The notes below the pieces were generated by a model. The model searched no databases. It had not been told where the DNA came from and worked only from the letters and a program-made list of their open reading frames with translations. Positions 58,490-64,000 of a stretch of DNA of 64,000 nucleotides are shown here, one piece after another. How positions within the stretch are numbered: position 1 is the first letter of the stretch; each line of letters opens with the position of its first letter. The stretch lies in assembly GCA_002747135.1 (NCBI GenBank), contig PDTE01000022.1, positions 167 to 64,166 on the forward strand, given 5' to 3'. This DNA comes from Desulfobulbus propionicus. GTDB taxonomy: Bacteria; Desulfobacterota; Desulfobulbia; Desulfobulbales; Desulfobulbaceae. A program made the translations under genes and the position numbers.

Positions 58490-59608
58490 ATGTTTAAACG
58501 TTTCATCAATATTTTTTTATTTGTCTGTCTGACGTTAGTAACAGGTGTTTCCGGTGTAAAAGGTACCCCACTTGGTTCATCTCGTCCTGAAGTGCAGAAA
58601 AATTATCAGAAACTGATAGCAACCAGGACATGTCCTGGTTGCTATCTTGCGGGAGTAGTCCTGATAAGAGCTGCCCTTCGCGGTGTCAACCTGGAAGGTG
58701 CCAACCTGGCCGGGGCTCAACTTAATCTTGCCGACCTGGCCAATGCTAACTTAAAGAACGCCAACTTGCAGGGCGCCGCTCTTGGAGGGGCTGACCTGGC
58801 AAATGCGGATCTCAGCGGTGCCAACCTTACTGGTGCGGTGCTTGAGGGGGCTTTTTTAGAAACAGCAATTATGGATGGTAAAGTTGTTACCCGGCCGCAG
58901 TCTACTGATGAAGAAGAGTTGACCAGAGGAGAGAAAGTGTATGTGCCCAATGAATCTTCCTCAAAGACAGTACCTTATACCCAGGAAGCAGTTGTAGCAA
59001 AAGATCAGGTATCCCGCAAAGGAGATGGTGCTGATCAAACTGATGAGAAGAAAAAATCACAGCCAGTAAAATCTGCATCTTCAAAAAAAATTATGCCAAT
59101 GGCCGATGCCGTTGTTCCAGAAGAAGCTGTGGAAAATGTGGAAAAGGAAAGAGATGCAGGAGCTTTGAAAAAACTGGCGTCTTCAGTTGACAGCAAGAGT
59201 GAGCTTCAACCTGCTGATGTGCGCAAAAATGAAGAATCTTCATCCGGCAATGAGGTGAATGACCAGCAGAAGATCATTGAAGTGTTGCTTGACACGAAGC
59301 GCTGTGTTGCCTGTGACCTTGGCGGTATTGATCTGTCGGGCAAAAAATTGAAAAATGCTGATCTTGAGAGGATTAATCTTGAGGATTGTTTACTTCGCGA
59401 AACCGATTTTAGAAAAGCCAACCTGAAAGGTGCTAATTTTTCTGGCGCTGATTTAAGAGGTGCAGATTTTCGTGGAGCTGACCTCTATTTAGCAAATTTT
59501 CACAAAGCCGATGTTACCGGTGCACAATTTGATGATGCACTTCTTGATGCAGCTGATTTTTCTGGTGCTGCAGGAGTGGAAATACTGCAGAAAGAGTTGA
59601 AGAAATAG
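58490..59608 (+). CDS. Exported pentapeptide-repeat protein (two repeat domains)
   Basis: Signal peptide; A(N/D)LxG repeats; CPGC and CVAC before each domain. Confidence 0.9.
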   Translation: MFKRFINIFLFVCLTLVTGVSGVKGTPLGSSRPEVQKNYQKLIATRTCPGCYLAGVVLIRAALRGVNLEGANLAGAQLNLADLANANLKNANLQGAALGGADLANADLSGANLTGAVLEGAFLETAIMDGKVVTRPQSTDEEELTRGEKVYVPNESSSKTVPYTQEAVVAKDQVSRKGDGADQTDEKKKSQPVKSASSKKIMPMADAVVPEEAVENVEKERDAGALKKLASSVDSKSELQPADVRKNEESSSGNEVNDQQKIIEVLLDTKRCVACDLGGIDLSGKKLKNADLERINLEDCLLRETDFRKANLKGANFSGADLRGADFRGADLYLANFHKADVTGAQFDDALLDAADFSGAAGVEILQKELKK

Positions 59609-59756
59609 TGCCTGCTCCAGCTTCCCCATCTTCAGACGATCAGGATTGGCCGCATAGATACGTGTTATATTCGTCAATCGCGGTTGTCAAGATCTGGACG
59701 AGCTGAAAGCAGGCACAGGCGTGAAGCAAAAGGGTACATGCCCAGTGAGTAGTTAT
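59608..59756 (-). mobile_element. MITE family A, decayed
   Basis: CCCATCTTC...CGATC...CCGCATAGA...CTGAAAGCAG...GTGAGTAGTTAT. Confidence 0.75.
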
Positions 59757-59786
59757 AGTAGACGAAAGACCAGTTCCTTAATTATC

Positions 59787-59815
59787 TTGACAGGTGTTGT
59801 GCCTTTCGTTATAAA
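59787..59815 (+). promoter_or_regulatory. Sigma70 promoter for rpsT
   Basis: TTGACA-N17-TATAAA. Confidence 0.75.
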
Positions 59816-59870
59816 AAACGATTTATGTCTATCCATATCACAACATGCCATTAACAAGGAGTGAGTATTC

Positions 59871-60143
59871 ATGGCTAATCATAAGTCTGCTCTAAAGAGA
59901 GACCGTCAAGCAAAAGTACGGCGCCTGCGCAATCGAATGAATAAATCTTCAATGAAAACAGCCGTAAACAAGGTTGAAGCAGCACTTGTTGCCGGTTCCG
60001 AGGAGCAAGCTAAAGAGGCCTTGCATAAAGCTATCCCGATTATACAGCGTACTGCTGCCAAGGGTACGATTCATAAGAATACTGCATCCAGGAAGGTGTC
60101 CCGCTTGACGAAAAGGGTCAACAAGATGCAGCCGCTGGGATAG
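59871..60143 (+). CDS. rpsT: 30S ribosomal protein S20
   Basis: MANHKSALKR...KGTIHKNTASRKVSRL. Confidence 0.98.
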   Translation: MANHKSALKRDRQAKVRRLRNRMNKSSMKTAVNKVEAALVAGSEEQAKEALHKAIPIIQRTAAKGTIHKNTASRKVSRLTKRVNKMQPLG

Positions 60144-60191
60144 GATATTTTATTCATTTTGTGTGATAATATTAAGAGTATAAGGTTTAGG

Positions 60192-60225
60192 GCCATGGCG
60201 ACATTATGCAGCCATGGCTTTTTTA
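60192..60225 (+). terminator. Rho-independent terminator of rpsT
   Basis: GCCATGGC...GCCATGGC hairpin followed by a T run. Confidence 0.75.
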
Positions 60226-60383
60226 TTGGATAAGCCGTTTACAGGCTTTTCCGGGGCTGGACACGTATAAGGCTTTTCATAGCTGACCAGCGTGGCTGGA
60301 TCAGGTTTGCCAACCACAAACGAACCATGAAAGCTCGCCTCTACGGCAATGGATGGTCATCTCTTCCCTGAGAGCCTTTCATG

Positions 60384-60541
60384 GTAACCACTCACAGGTC
60401 ACCCATCTTCTAGCGATCGCGATTGACCGCATAGAGGGACTATAGCTGCCAATCGCGCTTGCCCGAATCTGGATAACCTGAAAGCAGTTACAGGCGTAAA
60501 GCAAGTGAAACCAGGGTGATACTTGCCCTGTGAGTAGTTTG
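60384..60541 (-). mobile_element. MITE family A, full length 158 bp
   Basis: Near-consensus reverse copy of 11568-11725. Confidence 0.92.
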
Positions 60542-60558
60542 TGGCGTATAGACGAGGC

Positions 60559-60677
60559 GTAACTGATCACAGTGTCTGTACCTCCCCTTTATTCGCTACT
60601 TTTTGAGTATAACTTTGGCCACGGGTGCAACAGAGTTTCGCAGGCACGATTCTGGGCGGGTAAGCAAGCGAAGTGAG
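60559..60677 (+). mobile_element. MITE family B, truncated at a family C insertion
   Basis: GTAACTGATCAC...CACGGGTGCAACAGA...GGTAAGCAAGCGAAGTGAG. Confidence 0.8.
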
Positions 60678-60898
60678 CCCGGATTTCTCATCAGCTCAGG
60701 CGGTGCCAGGTTCGGTAGTTTTTGGTAACTCATTATACTTAGGTATATGTGTTGCCGAAATACTGGCGAAGATGGTGCCGCCTGGGCTGACCTCTGGTGA
60801 ACATTTTGTCGAAATTTAAGACTGCGTACGGACATCACATTCATCTGTTTTTATGTGTTTCTTTTCAGATCAGACACCATGTTCATGAAAAATCCGGG
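60678..60898 (-). mobile_element. MITE family C (221 bp)
   Basis: Reverse copy of 3327-3547, same length and TIRs; right flank CTAG. Confidence 0.9.
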
Positions 60899-61003
60899 CT
60901 AGTATTCGTCTGCCAATAAAAGCGTCAATGTCAGTTTGACCGGCGAAAGTCTTATGTGAGACGACAGCACCACTGGAAATCTTTTACAAACTGTGATCGA
61001 CCA

Positions 61004-61684
61004 ATGACTACACTGCAGAAGAGAACGCGTATAAAAATTTGTGGTATCACCAGACTTGAAGACGCTGAAAAGGCTGTGCAGGAAGGGGTTGACGCCCTTG
61101 GTTTTGTGTTTTTTGAAAGCAATTCCAGAAATATCGATCCTGAAGAGGCAAAGCGAATTATTGGCAATCTGCCTCCTTTTATTGATACTGTAGGAGTTTT
61201 TGTTGATAAAAAAAGAAGAGAGGTTGAAGAGATTGTCGATTATTGTTTTCTAAACTATATTCAGCTGCATGGGGAAGAGTCACCTGAATATTGCGAGCGG
61301 ATTGCCCGTCACGTGTCTCCCTGCCAGGTCTTGAAGGCTTTTCAGGTTAATGCTCATCTGTCAGCAGATACAATTTCCCCCTATACAGATTTTGTTTCTG
61401 GTTTTGTCCTGGATGGCTACCAAAGAGGAGCAAAAGAGGGGGGCGGGGAGGCTTTTGACTGGACAACCATAAATAAGTTTTATTTTAAAAAACCATATTT
61501 GCTGGCAGGAGGATTAGACCCAGGCAGCGTTACCCAGGCCCTGAAAAAAGTGAAACCGTATGGCGTGAATGTAAACTCAGGAGTGGAGAAAAAAACTGGC
61601 GTCAAGGATCATGAGTTGATGAGTGAGTTTATCGCAAAGGTACGGGAGTACGATAAAGGATCGGTTGCCCCGGATTTTTCCTGA
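61004..61684 (+). CDS. trpF: Phosphoribosylanthranilate isomerase
   Basis: IKICGIT, IQLHGEES, LAGGL, NSGVE; start moved to ATG 61004. Confidence 0.92.
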   Translation: MTTLQKRTRIKICGITRLEDAEKAVQEGVDALGFVFFESNSRNIDPEEAKRIIGNLPPFIDTVGVFVDKKRREVEEIVDYCFLNYIQLHGEESPEYCERIARHVSPCQVLKAFQVNAHLSADTISPYTDFVSGFVLDGYQRGAKEGGGEAFDWTTINKFYFKKPYLLAGGLDPGSVTQALKKVKPYGVNVNSGVEKKTGVKDHELMSEFIAKVREYDKGSVAPDFS

Positions 61685-61702
61685 ACATTTTGTCTAAGTA
61701 AC

Positions 61703-61860
61703 GGAACTGATCACAGGCACTTCATCTTTGCACGATCACTCTTTCCCGTATACTCTTGTATAGCGGAAAAGAGTGCTTGCCCAAATCGGTTGCACCCGTG
61801 ACCAGTTACACGTCAGAAACAGAGAATAACGCTTAAAACACAGACCCCGTGACTGGTTAC
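61703..61860 (-). mobile_element. MITE family B, full length 158 bp
   Basis: Near-consensus reverse copy. Confidence 0.92.
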
Positions 61861-61883
61861 GTTATGGCAGGTGAGGCCTGACA

Positions 61884-62582
61884 TTGTACGTTAGATATAA
61901 TTTAATATTTTTTTTCTCAGAGATACGTAAATCAGGCAGGCGCCTTGGCTTGACTCTGATTTTAATGACGGTCATTTTTTTTATTGTCTCCGGGGAATTG
62001 CTTCAATTTTTTCAAGAGCATCTGGGCGAGCAATTATATTTTTTTTCAGTGGCCGGCCCTTTTTTGGCGCATGTGAAGCTCGCTTTTTTCGGCGCTTTGT
62101 ATGTTCTGATGCCATTTGTTATGTATGTAGTGTGGCAAGCTCTGGGGAAACCGTTCGAGGTGACGGGTCGGTTGCTTTTCTGGTATGTATCGGCGACCTG
62201 TTTTCTCTTTTATTGCGGCACCCTGTTCTGTTTCTTGGTTACATTACCCTTTGGCGTGCAGTTTCTGCTCGGTTTTCAGACAGAAGACATGCAGGCGCTG
62301 ATATCAATTGGCAGATTTGTTAACTTTGTGACCATTTTCGTTGTCGCCTTTGGGGGCATTTTTGAACTGCCTGTGTTTATGGTTTTTTGTGCCCAGGCTG
62401 GTATTATCAGCAAGCGGTCATTTGAAAAAAACAGAAGGTTTGCCATACTTGGTATAGCAATCATGGCATCCTTGCTCACTCCGACCCCGGATGTGGTCAA
62501 TATGGCACTGATGGGAGTACCTTTGTATCTCCTCTATGAGACAGGTATTTGTGTTATACGATTGTTTAAGTTAGACAAATGA
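61884..62582 (+). CDS. tatC: Twin-arginine translocase subunit TatC
   Basis: Six TM segments, FELPV, LLTPTPDV, LYLLYE. Confidence 0.9.
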   Translation: MYVRYNLIFFFSEIRKSGRRLGLTLILMTVIFFIVSGELLQFFQEHLGEQLYFFSVAGPFLAHVKLAFFGALYVLMPFVMYVVWQALGKPFEVTGRLLFWYVSATCFLFYCGTLFCFLVTLPFGVQFLLGFQTEDMQALISIGRFVNFVTIFVVAFGGIFELPVFMVFCAQAGIISKRSFEKNRRFAILGIAIMASLLTPTPDVVNMALMGVPLYLLYETGICVIRLFKLDK

Positions 62583-62589
62583 GACAAGT

Positions 62590-63210
62590 ATGTCAGAACC
62601 AATGAGTACTGTAAGTCTTGTGCTGCGCAACCCTGCGGGAAGGGTCCCGCTGGACGTGATGAAAGCCGTGTGTCAGGTGGTGGAAGAATACAATCTTGAA
62701 ATATATCTGACGACCCAGCAGAACCTCAGGCTCAACAATGTACCAGAATATGCCGTGGAAACAATAAAGTCAAGAATCGCACCATACGGCATTACCTTCA
62801 AGGCAAAGGGGTTGTTTCCGTTGCCCCGGGTTTGTGTCGGTGCTCCGCATTGCAAAATGGCAAAAATTGATCCTGCCAGTCTCAGTGAAAAAATCATGAA
62901 TCATTTTGCCGGTCGTATCGGGATTAAAGAGAAGCTGAAAATAGCAATTGGGGCGTGCACCCTTGGTTGTTCAGGTACCAGATCCACCGACATCGCCATA
63001 GAGGCGACGGGATCAGGTCTCAACGTATACGCTGGCGGTAAGGATGGGGTCGCACCCCGGGCCGGCATCAGAATAAAAAAAGGGATCTCCGAAACAGAAG
63101 CGATTGAGGTCATTGAAACCCTGGTTGACTTTCATCAGCAAAAAACCAATAAGAAGCAACGGTTGTATCGATTGCTGAATGATCCGGATTTTCCATATCA
63201 GAAAGTATAA
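62590..63210 (+). CDS. Stand-alone nitrite/sulfite reductase domain protein
   Basis: PAGRV, YLTTQQNLRL, CVGAPHC, KLKIAIGACTLGCS. Confidence 0.82.
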   Translation: MSEPMSTVSLVLRNPAGRVPLDVMKAVCQVVEEYNLEIYLTTQQNLRLNNVPEYAVETIKSRIAPYGITFKAKGLFPLPRVCVGAPHCKMAKIDPASLSEKIMNHFAGRIGIKEKLKIAIGACTLGCSGTRSTDIAIEATGSGLNVYAGGKDGVAPRAGIRIKKGISETEAIEVIETLVDFHQQKTNKKQRLYRLLNDPDFPYQKV

Positions 63211-63217
63211 ATAAATC

Positions 63218-63262
63218 GTAACTACTCACAGCGCATATATCACTCTGATTTCACTTGTTTTC
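63218..63262 (+). mobile_element. MITE family A left-arm fragment
   Basis: GTAACTACTCACAG...CTGATTTCACTTG. Confidence 0.7.
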
Positions 63263-63288
63263 TTTCAGAATGTGAGTCTTCCAGACCA

Positions 63289-63435
63289 TTCCGGGAAGTT
63301 CCGGGGGAAGTTCCGGGAACACCTTACTTATTTAGCGGGAAATTTCGGGGGTACCTTGTCTATTTTTTTCGACCCCGTGATTAGACAAATGCCTTATCTT
63401 CTGTCAATAAATAAGCAAGGTGTCCCCGGAACTTC
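63289..63435. repeat. REPIN-like unit 1 (inverted REP pair)
   Basis: 28-bp inverted repeat GAAGTTCCGGG(A/G)ACACCTT(A/G)CTTATTTA at 63307-63334 and 63408-63435. Confidence 0.8.
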
Positions 63436-63646
63436 AGGTTAACGGGATTAACTGACCATAGAGGTGCGCCTTTTTGGGGGCAGCAGGAATGATTCTCCAG
63501 GCATTCGTCAGGGCGGTCGTCTTTTTGCTCTTTAACAGGTGAAGGGCAACATGACCATACGCCTGAAAGCTGCTCAGTATGAGCAATGCTGTTACAAAAA
63601 AAACTCGACACAAAGCAGCTCGTGAAAGTGAAGTATGCGGCTTCAT
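63434..63646 (-). CDS. Small exported hypothetical protein or pseudogene between REPINs
   Basis: AAGGGA RBS before ATG; signal-peptide-like hydrophobic stretch; stop at the REP edge. Confidence 0.4.
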   Translation of the reverse strand: MKPHTSLSRAALCRVFFVTALLILSSFQAYGHVALHLLKSKKTTALTNAWRIIPAAPKKAHLYGQLIPLT

Positions 63647-63720
63647 TGTATTCCCTTTCAGTAAAAGGTTACGTACTCTGACCAGGAGGCTATACCTCTC
63701 ATCAGAGGTAATCAGGTTTA

Positions 63721-63825
63721 GAATTCCGGGAATTCCGGAGACACCTTATCTTTTTTTTTCGACCCCGTGATTATACAAATGCTTTATCTTTTGTTAATAA
63801 ATAAGTAAGGTGTCCCCGGAGCTTC
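63721..63825. repeat. REPIN-like unit 2, direct repeat of unit 1
   Basis: Shares TTTTCGACCCCGTGATTA...AATAAATAAGYAAGGTGTCCCCGGA with unit 1. Confidence 0.82.
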
Positions 63826-64000
63826 AACGATACTCTCCCGGATGATGAACAAGACCTGCACGAACCGGGTTCATCTCGATATAGTGCTGACAGAAAAGGA
63901 AAGACCTCTCCTCCTGGATTATGCAGGAGCGAAACCTCCCCTCCCAGAGGGTTCCACTCCTCTTATACGTTCTATTCACATATTGAACATAACGTTGACC
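63824..64000 (-). mobile_element. REP-associated tyrosine transposase (RAYT, Y1 HUH), 3' part, truncated
   Basis: Manual translation GQRYVQYVNRTYKRSGTLWEGRFRSCIIQEERSFLFCQHYIEMNPVRAGLVHHPGEYR*; not in the ORF track because it runs off the window. Confidence 0.9.

Noticed and set aside
58490-59608. Pentapeptide protein as a Qnr/MfpA topoisomerase protector
   Set aside because: It has a signal peptide and CxxC caps, indicating an extracytoplasmic location.
750-63262. Repeats as a CRISPR array
   Set aside because: Copies are dispersed, about 158 bp, in both orientations, with no regular spacers and no cas genes.
63824-63826. TGA in RAYT as selenocysteine or Trp recoding
   Set aside because: Other genes here use TGA as a normal stop, and homology ends at the REP with a TAA a few codons later.
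1-64000. tRNA, rRNA or tmRNA genes
   Set aside because: No cloverleaf or rRNA signatures were recognised by eye in the intergenic regions; a covariance-model scan was not possible.

Overview
Chromosomal window from a motile deltaproteobacterium-like organism (Desulfobulbales-type gene content; inference only). 1-16.7 kb holds housekeeping genes (ycbK-type peptidase, ldcA, coaX, cutA, parE/parC, an FlgO-like lipoprotein pair, yyaL, queD, a tRNA methyltransferase, comM/yifB). 17.2-51.2 kb is a minus-strand flagellar cluster (TPR gene, flgBC, fliEFGHIJK, flgDE, motAB, fliLMNOPQR, flhBAFG, fliA, flgFGAHIJ, flgMN) with no flgKL or flagellin. 52.3-57.6 kb is a kinase-less CheY/CheX/CheX/double-CheC cassette converging on a sigma54 activator that lacks a regulatory domain and is paired with a stand-alone cNMP-binding protein. 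The rest is nuclease, pentapeptide protein, rpsT, trpF, tatC, a NIR/SIR-like protein and a REP-truncated RAYT transposase with its REPINs. The most striking non-coding signal is about 35 miniature-element copies or fragments filling most larger intergenic gaps. Two 158-bp families (A and B) have GTAAC...GTTAC ends and 8-bp target duplications (IS66-like). They share length, architecture and loop motifs while their stems differ by compensatory changes, which points to a conserved fold. A third 221-bp family (C) inserts into them. All coordinates were read by eye and may be off by a few bases.
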